Shown here: piece by piece, positions 30,191-40,494 of the stretch | Layout of the letters: the number at the start of each line of letters is the position of its first letter | Position numbering within the stretch: the stretch's first letter is position 1 | Virus record (IMG/VR): IMGVR_UViG_3300037504_000213 | Location: 1 to 64,000 of that record | Direction: 5' to 3' (one strand) | Length of the DNA: 64,000 nucleotides | Origin: a virus | Program-made: the position numbers and the translations under genes | The notes under the pieces: model-generated | Database searches by the model: none | Seen by the model: the letters and a program-made list of their open reading frames with translations, nothing else | Told to the model about the DNA's origin: nothing

Positions 30191-30899
30191 CCCTTTCTGG
30201 TCTATTGTACATTAATCTGTCAATTACGTCGGCCAAGTCTTCCCATCGCATATCTTCGTTTACAAAAAACACCTCTTGTGCAACACCACGCTCTAACATT
30301 AACATGGCATCATCCATTCTTTTCTGATCCACCGCCAGCAACACAACTGGCTTTCTCATGGCGTTGGCCTCATAGGCAATGCGCCCTGGCGCAGTCAAAA
30401 CGACTGCACTGTGACCAACGACATTATACCACGCTTGATGCGGAATCTCAACGACATTTTTAGGTATCTCGTAATCCTGTTGCACAAGATTACCCCTCCC
30501 AAGCATAAACTTCATGGTAGGCCAATTCGTTGCAAGTTCGGCAAGAACGCTGTTACCAAGATCATCAACATCAGAGGAACCAAACGCAACTGCCACATAA
30601 CCATCAGACCTTGTGTTCTGAAACCACTTCTTATCAACCACAACGTCCTGCACGCTATCAACAAGCTCGCTATAATATATCGTTAGCGGAAGAAAGTATC
30701 TTCCGTCGGCCTTCCACCAGTCATACACGACAGCATCTGTATCGTGATCTGGGGTAAAGACCTGATCCACGTTTAGCCTGTAGAGCCATGCGTCATGGCC
30801 CCTATTTCTCATCTCTTGAACGATAGGTTCACACCTTGCCGCATGACCGCCACCACAGCAAGTGTCATATGAAACAACAAAATCCACTTTCATAACCAA
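30117..30899 (-). CDS. PseG/SpsG-like UDP-sugar hydrolase
   Basis: GGGHAARC, AFGSSD, APGRIAYEA...P. Confidence 0.65.
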   Translation of the reverse strand: MVMKVDFVVSYDTCCGGGHAARCEPIVQEMRNRGHDAWLYRLNVDQVFTPDHDTDAVVYDWWKADGRYFLPLTIYYSELVDSVQDVVVDKKWFQNTRSDGYVAVAFGSSDVDDLGNSVLAELATNWPTMKFMLGRGNLVQQDYEIPKNVVEIPHQAWYNVVGHSAVVLTAPGRIAYEANAMRKPVVLLAVDQKRMDDAMLMLERGVAQEVFFVNEDMRWEDLADVIDRLMYNRPERVVRSDAACRIADKIEEKVNAFVQG

Positions 30900-31531
30900 T
30901 ATCCTTCTCTATATGGATTTAGGGCCGAAACATCATCTCTTTTTGTAGGACCAATAAATGGCATGTCCATTATATCAAAAAAATTTATCTCTGTAAATAG
31001 AGCTTTATGAGGACTTCTCGACACGACATCATTAGTGGCCCTTTCCCTTATGACCAGTTCTCTGACGCCCCAATAATTTTTTACATTTCTTGGCCCAACA
31101 CGCCAGTCGTCGTTCAAGCAGCCGCCGTACATTCTATTAGATATAAGTGTCCTCCAAAATTCATTGGAAGACGACAGTCTAAGCCTTGCGCCTCCCCACC
31201 CAACCTGAGACGGGGGAGTAACAATCTTAACCTTAACGCCATCAATTTTTGTTCTTACTATCTGCCCCTTTCTCATTACCTTTCGCTTGTAGTCAAGTTC
31301 AAATTCAGCCTCTATGCCAGCGTCTTGCACAGCACCCCTTATATGTGCCCAGGTGTAAGAGGTAAAAGGCTTGAGGTGCCCGTAAGGAAGTCCAAGTGCG
31401 GTAACAGCCATAACGTTTTCATGTAACATATAGACATCACCGCACGGAACCAACTTGGCGTAAACGCTCTTAAACAACACTTTGACTTCTTCAAATATCC
31501 TTTTGCCCTCTTCAAGAGTTACGCATTTCAT
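30890..31531 (-). CDS. Degenerate PolX-family protein
   Basis: Layout and WG...SS..F and TE..FF....P.I.P..R motifs of minimal PolX; catalytic GSxRR/DxD absent. Confidence 0.45.
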   Translation of the reverse strand: MKCVTLEEGKRIFEEVKVLFKSVYAKLVPCGDVYMLHENVMAVTALGLPYGHLKPFTSYTWAHIRGAVQDAGIEAEFELDYKRKVMRKGQIVRTKIDGVKVKIVTPPSQVGWGGARLRLSSSNEFWRTLISNRMYGGCLNDDWRVGPRNVKNYWGVRELVIRERATNDVVSRSPHKALFTEINFFDIMDMPFIGPTKRDDVSALNPYREGYWL

Positions 31532-32678
31532 TTAACACCTCTACTGCTTCTTTCGCCAACGATATGGCATCTTCCTTGGTGTGTATAAGTGTTGCAAAGT
31601 TTGGACGCCACACTAGATGCCCGCGCCGTAGCAATTCCATACTAAACTTTTTCATAACACTGTCTGGCACATCAAACCATGTTCGCGTTGGGTTGTTTCC
31701 AACAATGCGATAAGAAATATAGTTTTCGTTCGCAAGGCCATTGAACGTTGACATAAGTGTATCACCAACACTGTAAATGTGATCGTAAAGCTCTGGGTGA
31801 TCTCTATAATACTTCAAGTTTAACTGTGCCGCCCGTAAACCACGCGGGTGTCCAAAATATGTCCTACTGAAATGAACATGTTTCCCGTGAAAGGGTGAGA
31901 GCATTAACATTACATCTTTGTTGCCAACAACAGCACTAATGGGTTCGTCACCGCCAAGCGCCTTACCATAACAGGCCAAATCTGGTATGACACCATAATG
32001 CTCAGTCGCACCGCCAATCCCGTAACGGAACCCAGTCACCACCTCGTCAAAGATTAACAATGCTCCGAGCTTGTCGCACACTTCTCTGCATTGTGTCAAA
32101 AATTCTTTGTATTCCTTATATGGCATTTTGCCATCGTCTTCAACAATAATAGCGGCTACTGAACCAGCCATTTTTGTATTTCTTAGCCACTGCAAAGAGT
32201 GTTTATCCAGCTTCAGTATATTGTTGTTTTTATTGAACTGCGCTTGAGTTCCATACTTTGAGTCTGCCCAGAGAAAAGATGAGCCATGATAGCCATAGGA
32301 ATAAACATTCTCTCTGTTGGTATAAGCTATGGCCAGCTTCACAGCCATTTCTGTTGCATCACCTCCACTTAGGGCAAAACGCGCCATGTGATCCTGCGTG
32401 TTTGCCCAAGGCAACACCTCTATCAAAAGCCTTGCGACGCGACTTTCTAGCGGTGAACGAAACGAACCGCATGGATTGGCCTCTACGCCACCCCAGTAGT
32501 TATATCCAAGCAATGGGCCGTATTGACCCATAACCCAACTTGTACACGGATATTCAGAACCGTCACTTGCAATCACAGTTTCGTGTACACCTTCACAAAT
32601 TAACGTCTCGCCATCTAATGGGCGATACTTTAGCGTCCTGCTGTCTAACGACGCACCGCCTGGAACGAGATTATCCAT
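31512..32678 (-). CDS. Class III PLP aminotransferase (GSA-like)
   Basis: SGGDAT, YHG, LIFDEVVTGFR, PDLACYGKALG. Confidence 0.85.
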   Translation of the reverse strand: MDNLVPGGASLDSRTLKYRPLDGETLICEGVHETVIASDGSEYPCTSWVMGQYGPLLGYNYWGGVEANPCGSFRSPLESRVARLLIEVLPWANTQDHMARFALSGGDATEMAVKLAIAYTNRENVYSYGYHGSSFLWADSKYGTQAQFNKNNNILKLDKHSLQWLRNTKMAGSVAAIIVEDDGKMPYKEYKEFLTQCREVCDKLGALLIFDEVVTGFRYGIGGATEHYGVIPDLACYGKALGGDEPISAVVGNKDVMLMLSPFHGKHVHFSRTYFGHPRGLRAAQLNLKYYRDHPELYDHIYSVGDTLMSTFNGLANENYISYRIVGNNPTRTWFDVPDSVMKKFSMELLRRGHLVWRPNFATLIHTKEDAISLAKEAVEVLNEMRNS

Positions 32679-32987
32679 CTGTTACCTCCACATACCCCAA
32701 ACTTTCTATAGCGTTGGCAATCGCAAGATCAACAGCACTGTCCAAAACAACTTCTAATTTGGCAACATAATCATAGTCCATTGATGATGCAGCCATAATT
32801 GATATGCAACCATCACATGTCTTGACAAAAACCCGATACCGCTTTTCGTCAGGGCAAAATGGCCGTGGGTCACCGCCTATGATATAACTCTCACCTATTG
32901 GCTTAAAGCTACCAGATGTCCATTCGCCAAAAGTAACCTTCTGGGCTAACCAATCAGTAGAATCACAGCGGATAAGACCATCAGCTT

Positions 32988-34103
32988 TTATTTCTTTTCC
33001 CATGTCTTAACTTTCTCCAATGTTGTTTTCACATCAAGTTTGTTATGCGCGTCTGTCGCATAATTTCTATTCCACATGATAATGCCATTATCGAACATGT
33101 GCTTGGCAAAACTCTTTCGCTCATCCCTGGGCAGCCTTATTGAAAAATTAGTGTCTTGCCCAACTGTTCCAAAGCCAAGGTCCTGAAGTCCTTCCTTTAG
33201 GCTGTGTCCAATCTTGGATATTTTTTCAAATACGCTATCAAACCTTGTGACATTTTCAAGAAAGGCTATTGCTATAGATACTGCAAATGGGTCCCCAGAA
33301 AACGTTGATGAAGAATACACATCATCAGCAAGGTGTTGCATAAAATCGATTTGTCCACCCAACACGGAAACAGGTGAACCCCACGCTTTCCCATATACAA
33401 CCATAGATGGGTTTATATCAATACCAACTTTTCCGTAATACTCAACTGCACCACGCAAGCCAAGTCTGAACCCAGTTACTACTTCGTCAAGAATAATTGG
33501 TATGCTAGATTTTGTGCATAGGTCAATGCCAAGCCTCAACCAATCCAGGAAATCATCAGTTCCATCATCCATCGACAGATCCACAATCCAACACGCGGCC
33601 ATACTGTCCAGACGACGCTTCAGCTCCTCAGAGTCGCGATATGGCACATAGCGAGTGCCCTCAGCCGTTCCATAAGTAATACCACCATCTCTGGGTGGCC
33701 GTATAAAGCTACTGCTCATTCCGTGATAACCAGATGAGACAACCCTGTTCCTGCCCGTTTCTGCACGAGCAATGCGTACAGCAGCCTCACAGGCGTTACC
33801 ACCAGTTTGACTTAGCCAAACAGCTTCAACATGTGGCATAATGTCACAAACCATGCCAGCAAGCCTGTTTTCAAGTTTATGCCCAGACGACCCCAGTGAG
33901 CCGTTGCCCATAAAGATTGGTGTCCCTGGTATGTTCCTGGGATGATGAAAACCAAGCACGGGACCATAATGGCCCATCTGCCATGACTTGTACTTATTCC
34001 CATCTTCGCCAACCTCTACAGCACCCCAATAGCCATATGTTTGTTGGCCTATAGCATTGTACAAGGACGAACGCGCTAAACACGATGATTTATTAATGAG
34101 CAT
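32988..34103 (-). CDS. Class III PLP aminotransferase (second paralog)
   Basis: TGGNACEAAVRIAR, GYHG, ILDEVVTGFR, YGKAWG, SSTFSG. Confidence 0.85.
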   Translation of the reverse strand: MLINKSSCLARSSLYNAIGQQTYGYWGAVEVGEDGNKYKSWQMGHYGPVLGFHHPRNIPGTPIFMGNGSLGSSGHKLENRLAGMVCDIMPHVEAVWLSQTGGNACEAAVRIARAETGRNRVVSSGYHGMSSSFIRPPRDGGITYGTAEGTRYVPYRDSEELKRRLDSMAACWIVDLSMDDGTDDFLDWLRLGIDLCTKSSIPIILDEVVTGFRLGLRGAVEYYGKVGIDINPSMVVYGKAWGSPVSVLGGQIDFMQHLADDVYSSSTFSGDPFAVSIAIAFLENVTRFDSVFEKISKIGHSLKEGLQDLGFGTVGQDTNFSIRLPRDERKSFAKHMFDNGIIMWNRNYATDAHNKLDVKTTLEKVKTWEKK

Positions 34104-34286
34104 ATCCTGGCTTCATCCTTTTATTTGGCACATCTGACATATCGTCGTTTTCCCAGATCTTGACACACGCAACCTCATCAGATTCTTTCATCCTCTGAAT
34201 GCCTAATGCGTCAAGCGCCTTCCAGCTGCGCCACTTTTTCTGAAATGTACATATGCCGTTCCAGTCATATACCTTCATGATAGCCA

Positions 34287-35216
34287 TTAAAGCACGCCCC
34301 TAACAGCACGAAGTGGTCGCTTTTCGTCAAGCGGATCAGCACGCCAATAAACCTCGTCTCTTTCACATTCTTGCGGAAACTTATAGCCATCGCCAAGGCG
34401 TTCGTCTCTCTGACTTTCAAATTCATTGTCTGGCGTCATATTAATAATGTTTCTAGCGTCTCTTGAATACCCATAGGGGTCATCCAAAAAATAAGAATGC
34501 CCATTTTCATTCCCAATACTATCTAAATCGAAATGAACCTCTATAACCTCGGCACCAAGATTCACGGCCTGTATTACAACGTTGACGTTTGCAGTATGGT
34601 CGCTATAGCCAATTGCAACTCCAGGAAACGCTCTTTTTAGTGCCTCAATGGCAAGAAGATTAACTTGATCCTCTGGCGTTGTATAGGCAGACACACAATG
34701 CAATATTGACAACTTGCCATCAGGTAAATCAAGTGCCCCACCCAAAGACAGGGAGGACATAATCTCTGGCATTGTGGCGGCCCCAGTAGACACAATGATG
34801 CCCTTTACCCCAGAGTTTTCAGACGACACAATCTTAGTGGCTTTTCGCATCATTTTATAGTTCAACAGTTCATAGCTGCCAAACTTGATGTAATCAATGC
34901 TTTGTCCAGCAGACCACTTCATTTGACTTATTCTATCAAGATTATTTGTATTCAGTGTAGTAACAATGTAGTCCATCCCAAGCTCATGTGTGTATTCGCA
35001 AAGCATTGGATGCCAACTGTTTGGCGTAAATGGATAATACGGATTAGACTTGTACTTCTCAACTGCATATCTTTCACAGTAGACGTCTTCCCACTTAGAA
35101 AGCATTTGGGTTTTCACTGCGTCAAACCCAACATCCTTGACAGCCTCAATTAGCTCAAGCGCCCTGTGAATGTCACCATTGTGATTACTGCATAACTCAG
35201 CGATATAGTATGTCAT
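34287..35216 (-). CDS. neuB: Nonulosonic acid synthase (NeuB/PseI family), lacking the C-terminal AFP domain
   Basis: IAELCSNHNGD, DAVKTQ, KFGSYE, STG, LHCVSAY, GYSDHT, IEVHF. Confidence 0.9.
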   Translation of the reverse strand: MTYYIAELCSNHNGDIHRALELIEAVKDVGFDAVKTQMLSKWEDVYCERYAVEKYKSNPYYPFTPNSWHPMLCEYTHELGMDYIVTTLNTNNLDRISQMKWSAGQSIDYIKFGSYELLNYKMMRKATKIVSSENSGVKGIIVSTGAATMPEIMSSLSLGGALDLPDGKLSILHCVSAYTTPEDQVNLLAIEALKRAFPGVAIGYSDHTANVNVVIQAVNLGAEVIEVHFDLDSIGNENGHSYFLDDPYGYSRDARNIINMTPDNEFESQRDERLGDGYKFPQECERDEVYWRADPLDEKRPLRAVRGVL

Positions 35217-35220
35217 TGGC

Positions 35221-36201
35221 CTAGCCTTCCCTCCCGAACATTGCGATATGATCATTATACACCTCATCAACCATTTTTTCAAGTGGAATGCCAAACATCG
35301 CGGCGTCTTCAGAAGAACGCATGGCCACATGTGGTAAATCTGTTTCCTCGCTCCCACATTTATAGATAGCGATTATCTCGTTTACCAACTCAAGCACCTT
35401 GACCTCCCTTTGGTTAATCAGGCTTTCATGTTGTTTTTCCTCTTGGCCAAGGCCAATCCATCTCACACCACCTAACACATTCAGTGTTGCCAAGTCACCA
35501 GAAACCATTTTGAATAACACCTCTGCAAGCGCAGTTATAGAAGAAGCATTCATACAACGAACATACAGGCCACTGTCCATCTCAAGGACATTGTCTATAA
35601 AAGTTACTGCTTCTCTGAACGTCATCCAATACCTAGTTACTATAGGTAGGGGGCCAACTATCGTTAGAAGTTGACTTGCATTAATTTGATCAATCCATTT
35701 CCAGAAAACACTTCCTCTGCTACCAAGGACATTCCCATACCTTATAACTTGCGAGCACAAGCCTTTATTTGCCAATACCAGTCGCTCTGCAACAGCCTTT
35801 TGCATTCCATATATATTTACTGGTTCCACAGCCTTGTCGCTACTAATTTGCAGGAACTTCCCAATATCAGCGGCAACAGCAGCATAGCTAGCATTAGCAG
35901 CGCCAGTTGCATTTACAGAATGCGAATAATATGGATTGCGGTTACATGCACCAACAGATTTAACTGCGGCTGCATTTACTACAGCATCAATATCGTGCTC
36001 CTTGAATATTCTTGTCAGTTCATCCGTGTCCCGAATATCACAAGCATGAAATTTGGGTAATTTGGGATAATTTTGTGATAAAGACTGAATTTCGTCAAAC
36101 TTATGCCAGTCCCTTGCACACCCAGCCACAATCTCATGCCTGGAAAACATCATCATTGCTCTGCCCAAGGTACCAGTGATGCCAGTAACAAAAATTCTCA
36201 T
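35221..36201 (-). CDS. pseB: UDP-GlcNAc 4,6-dehydratase (PseB/FlaA1/CapD family)
   Basis: TGITGTLG, NAAAVK, SSDKAVEPVNIYGMQK, RYGNVLGSRGSV, EKQHE. Confidence 0.85.
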   Translation of the reverse strand: MRIFVTGITGTLGRAMMMFSRHEIVAGCARDWHKFDEIQSLSQNYPKLPKFHACDIRDTDELTRIFKEHDIDAVVNAAAVKSVGACNRNPYYSHSVNATGAANASYAAVAADIGKFLQISSDKAVEPVNIYGMQKAVAERLVLANKGLCSQVIRYGNVLGSRGSVFWKWIDQINASQLLTIVGPLPIVTRYWMTFREAVTFIDNVLEMDSGLYVRCMNASSITALAEVLFKMVSGDLATLNVLGGVRWIGLGQEEKQHESLINQREVKVLELVNEIIAIYKCGSEETDLPHVAMRSSEDAAMFGIPLEKMVDEVYNDHIAMFGREG

Positions 36202-36202
36202 A

Positions 36203-36269
36203 TTGCATACTCCAATAATAGATGATATAATACCAAAAAGATCTTATCACATAAAGGAGAACATGTCAA
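36203..36269. promoter_or_regulatory. Overlapping divergent sigma70-like promoters (sugar operon / HNH)
   Basis: Minus strand TTGACA-17-TAAGAT (36269-36241); plus strand TTGCAT-17-TATAAT (36203-36231). Confidence 0.6.
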
Positions 36270-36270
36270 G

Positions 36271-36822
36271 GTGTCTCGAACACAGAAGTTTGCCAATACA
36301 TGCAGGTTTTGCGGATCAACGTTTTACAGAAAAACGAGAAGAAAAAAGGTCTTTTGTCCAGTTTGCGACTGCAACCCAATGATTAAGCACTACAATAAAA
36401 TAGTCAATAACGCCAACAGGCGAACACGAAAGCTAGGGCTTCGCTCTGATTTAACGCTTTCAGAATGGTTTGACACACTCAGAGATTTTTCATTTTTCTG
36501 CTGCTTCTGTGGAACACACCCAGCAAGCGACCTAGAGCATTTCATACCAGTGTCAAAGGGCGGCGGCACAACTAGAAAGAATGTACTGCCAGCATGTAGA
36601 TACTGTAATAGTCAAAAGGCTAACCTTGTGCCTTTTGTTGACGAAATGGACGACATAAGGTTTTCTATATCAAGGTTGAGGAGGGCATTGGATTATTTAG
36701 AGCAATTCGGAACCGTAGAGATACCAGGGCTGTCAGATGAAATGGCATATCAATTGACACAAAACAGGAAGTTCCTTATCCCAGGAACAGCAACCTACAG
36801 AAAGCCAGAAAGGGCGTGGTGA
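36271..36822 (+). CDS. HNH endonuclease
   Basis: CCFCG...EHFIPVSKGG....NVLPACRYCNSQK. Confidence 0.85.
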   Translation: MSRTQKFANTCRFCGSTFYRKTRRKKVFCPVCDCNPMIKHYNKIVNNANRRTRKLGLRSDLTLSEWFDTLRDFSFFCCFCGTHPASDLEHFIPVSKGGGTTRKNVLPACRYCNSQKANLVPFVDEMDDIRFSISRLRRALDYLEQFGTVEIPGLSDEMAYQLTQNRKFLIPGTATYRKPERAW

Positions 36823-36857
36823 TTAGCCACACCCCTTCCAACTCGAAACCAGGAGGC

Positions 36858-37250
36858 CTAGAATTCAAATCCATCCATCGCAGACGGATGATTGTTATCT
36901 ACATCACGATAGTTATCATCACCACCACCTCGCCCACCCATAAACTTCACGGTTTGTGCCGTAAGCTCAAGCTGTGCACGCGGTTCGCCATCAGCGCCTA
37001 CCCAGGCATTTGCTGATGGGCGACCAACGACCATTACCTGACTTCCCTTTGACAAATATTCAGAGCACGTCTCTGCCTGTCTTCGCCAGACATTAACACG
37101 ATACCATGTGGTGCGCTCTTTCTTTTCCTTATCCTTATACCAGACTTCGTTAACGGCCACAGAAAAGTTTGCAACCGCAGTTCCATTGTCAAGGTACTTG
37201 AGTTCTGGGTCACTACCGAGGTTTCCTACAATAATCAACTGGTGAAACAT
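36858..37250 (-). CDS. ssb: Single-stranded DNA-binding protein
   Basis: IVGNLGSDPEL, FSVAVN, W..V..W..QAE....LSKGSQV.V.GR; acidic tail. Confidence 0.95.
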   Translation of the reverse strand: MFHQLIIVGNLGSDPELKYLDNGTAVANFSVAVNEVWYKDKEKKERTTWYRVNVWRRQAETCSEYLSKGSQVMVVGRPSANAWVGADGEPRAQLELTAQTVKFMGGRGGGDDNYRDVDNNHPSAMDGFEF

Positions 37251-38119
37251 ATTTTATTTATCCTCCTGGATAGTATCTTTACTAAAACGAGTATAGCACA
37301 TCGCGTCACACGAGTCAATAGAATTCCGCTCTTTCCACCAAGGGCTGTGAAACTTCATGCCCTGATTAATTTCAAACGACGTGTCAGCATTGTTGGCGTC
37401 TATAGCGAGTCTCAGGTAGCGCAGCTTTTCTTGAGAACAACCATCAAGAAGTATAGAGCAGCTTGTCGTTACGATATATATACTCTTGTCATCTTCCATA
37501 AAATGCGTAACGTTTCGAGGATTTATCCAGACGCCATCTCCATTAACCGTTCTTGCATAAATCATTCTGAACCTCCAACAGATTGCCACACATGAATAAT
37601 TTTCTCAACTTTCTTAACACGTATCATTTTGTCACACGTATTATAATGATAATCTGTGAAGTAACTACCAGAAAGAGTAACATAAAGTTTGTAAAACGCC
37701 CCAGGGTAATCAGCATGTTTGATAATGAGTTCCCTTTTGAAGTATTTTCCTTCATCGGTCCACAACCCCTCTTCAACCAACTCAACTTCCTCTGGTCCAT
37801 CCTCAATATCAAATCCAGATGCAGGCCAAAAGTCTTGGTTACTCCCAAACCACTCAGACGTATTAATCACATCAGGATAACTGTCATTGCACATTTTATT
37901 TCTCCTAGCCTATCGCCACACTACACGATTGCGAACAGACACGCCATATGTTCCATTTGATTTTTCCAGTCTAAACACCCCCATTACTGCATCGAAGTGG
38001 TCCTCTGGCTCCCTCTCGCATTCAAGCCACAGCACCCTGCTGTCAGGGTCCTGCACGACATTGACAGCACTCTTGCACTCAGGGCATTCACATACGCCAC
38101 GCTGAATTGTTTCCTTCAT

Positions 38120-38785
38120 TTATTCCTCCATTGGCACTGGTTCAATAGTATTTCCGCTAAAATCTTTGATCTCAAAATCGCAATCCACTTCATTGCCCCA
38201 CACATCGTATCCAGGTTGCTTTTTCCTTGCAAATATCTCACACCTGTTAACGCGGTCTGGATACAACGCATCTATCATGTCATATTGAGAGTCTGGCTTC
38301 TCAGAATGTTGTCTGCGTATGTCCAATAACACAGTATGATCCAACAAATTTAAGACACCATGATCTGACACTGGTGCACTGCCGCCATTCTTGACACAAA
38401 TCCAGAGTTCCTCCACACAACCGCGTGTATAATAACCCATTGACATAGCAGGGCGGTGCGGTTTGCCCTTAGTGTGCTTAACCCAGTACACTTTAGTACG
38501 AGCACTAAAGCCCCATCTGTGCAAAAGGGAGGCAACTGGATTGACTATATAATCAATGCCATCGACCTTGACCTTTTTGAAATCAACGCTGTGTGGCGTA
38601 GTTGTCCACAAGAACATAACAGCATCGTCAGTCGTCAGATCTCGCAAATTCATATTCATCAAAAAGTCATAGCCCTGAACAGGGTAGTGCTGTTCAGCAG
38701 AGCGACCAGTACCCTTAGCAGACCAAACACGAAACCTCCACGGAGGATCGATTAAGACTAAGCTGTACTTATCGTTCCCAAGCAT
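38120..38785 (-). CDS. MT-A70 family adenine methyltransferase
   Basis: DPPW, LWTT, GYYTR..E, HSEKP, EIFAR, WGNE. Confidence 0.9.
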   Translation of the reverse strand: MLGNDKYSLVLIDPPWRFRVWSAKGTGRSAEQHYPVQGYDFLMNMNLRDLTTDDAVMFLWTTTPHSVDFKKVKVDGIDYIVNPVASLLHRWGFSARTKVYWVKHTKGKPHRPAMSMGYYTRGCVEELWICVKNGGSAPVSDHGVLNLLDHTVLLDIRRQHSEKPDSQYDMIDALYPDRVNRCEIFARKKQPGYDVWGNEVDCDFEIKDFSGNTIEPVPMEE

Positions 38786-39573
38786 CTATTTTCTCCGTCC
38801 ATTTTTTAAGGTCCGCTTCGTCAACAGTATCTTCGCTTAAAAGGTTTGTAAAAATCTTGTACAGTGCAGAAGAGCGTTTGCCTATATCATGACAGACATC
38901 ATCTTCACACACAATTTTTAGCACCACAACATTATTTTCTATGACGTAATAAGCCTTATCAGCACCCCAGGATTTTACTAACAACCTAAGGCAAAACGCA
39001 AGCGTTGTATTGACTGGACTGTCGCAGGCCAGAAAATAAACATTGCTAGAGTCTTTGTCCTGTTGCCCTTTCCCAGGCATCTATCTTTTCCCTCCACTTC
39101 CTCTCTGTCTTTGTCATCCTCTTTTGTTTGGCAATGGGCTTAGCTTTGCCATCAAACTGCCATGATCTTATTGTACCATACTTTGCCTCGCTTGGATATA
39201 CAAGCTCTACATTACCAATCAGTTCTAACAATGTTCCAATACAGGCATGAACACTTTGGCTAACCCCCTTCCCAAAACACATTAACTTAAGAGAGGAAAG
39301 CCAATAGGCTGCGCAACCCAAAACATTCATGTCGCAAAAAATGTTATCTGTTAGCAGTTGAATGCTCTTTCTGAGGTTTCGTTCAATGTAGGTATTAGCA
39401 AACTCGATTGGATCGTCCTTCATGTTAGATTGTATGTGAGACAGACTTTCGTCATTCATCTCAAAATATTTCGCTGGATAAAGAACACAATCCCTAATGG
39501 ACGCTAAAAAGGATGTTTGCCAAGGTTCAGACTTGTAGTAAACGACATCGTATTCTTTCATTTATCCTCCTTG

Positions 39574-39645
39574 AGGCCCAGGTGAGACTTGCACTCACAT
39601 GAAAACGCTTTGCAGGCGTATACCTTTCTATTCGGACACTGGGCC
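39574..39645 (-). tRNA. tRNA-Cys(GCA)
   Basis: Cloverleaf GGCCCAG/CTGGGCC, anticodon loop CTGCAAA, U discriminator; T-loop TGCAAGT. Confidence 0.75.
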
Positions 39646-39647
39646 TA

Positions 39648-39720
39648 AGCTCCGAGTGAGATTTGCACTCACGGCCTCCGCGTTACAAAGGCGGCGCTCT
39701 ACTAACTGAGCTATCGGAGC
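39648..39720 (-). tRNA. tRNA-Thr(TGT)
   Basis: GCTCCGA/TCGGAGC acceptor, TAGCTCAG D-arm, loop TTTGTAA; T-loop TGCAAAT. Confidence 0.8.
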
Positions 39721-40494
39721 GTTGTACTATTTAGCTACTTGGCCTCGACCAAGCTTCAATGGTCTTCTTCTTCTTTTCTACGCGATACCCCTTCGAGTCA
39801 GTGTAAAAAGCCCATTCTGCTCTGCCAGCCCCATTGCGCTTCCACTGGTAAAATATATAGTAAGCACCTGGAAAGTCATCAAACTGAAGAATGTATTCAT
39901 GGCATGGTGAGTTCCATCCATTTCCTGCAAGTTTGTTGTGATCTATGAACTTGACGTTGTCAATTTTGTTGTTATAACCCAAGTCTGCTATAAACTGCTC
40001 CCAACTCTTCCAACTTTTCAGGTTGCCAATACAAGGGCGATTCCTAAGATCGACATAATCTAAGGCTTCAATCGTGTCTGGTGCATTCACATTGTTTGGT
40101 GTACTCATGCCATTCTCCTTATTTGACAACTGTGGTTCAAGGCCAGTTATTTCCGCATTGTCCTTGCCTAATGTACTCATGTTTTTCTCCTTTAATAGTC
40201 CATTAAGTAATACTTATTATCACTTGACGATTTTACGTACTCGCCACCAACCCCAACATTCTTAAATCCACACCTCATCAGATCCCCAATATCTATGGGA
40301 CTGGATATGACATATCGATCAGGCTTAACCAGAAAATCATCACCTCCTAACATGTCTTCAAATTTTTTACGTGCGTCCTCCTCACTTTTTGCTGTTACAA
40401 GGGCTTGCCTAGTAGAGAAGCCACGCGGCCATTTAAATACCCACAGGTTGTCCTTTTCTGTTCTCATTATACCTCCTAACCTTAATTAAACCCA

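Noticed and set aside
31512-34103. Heme biosynthesis (hemL) auxiliary genes
   Set aside because: No other tetrapyrrole genes; the context is sugar-nucleotide biosynthesis
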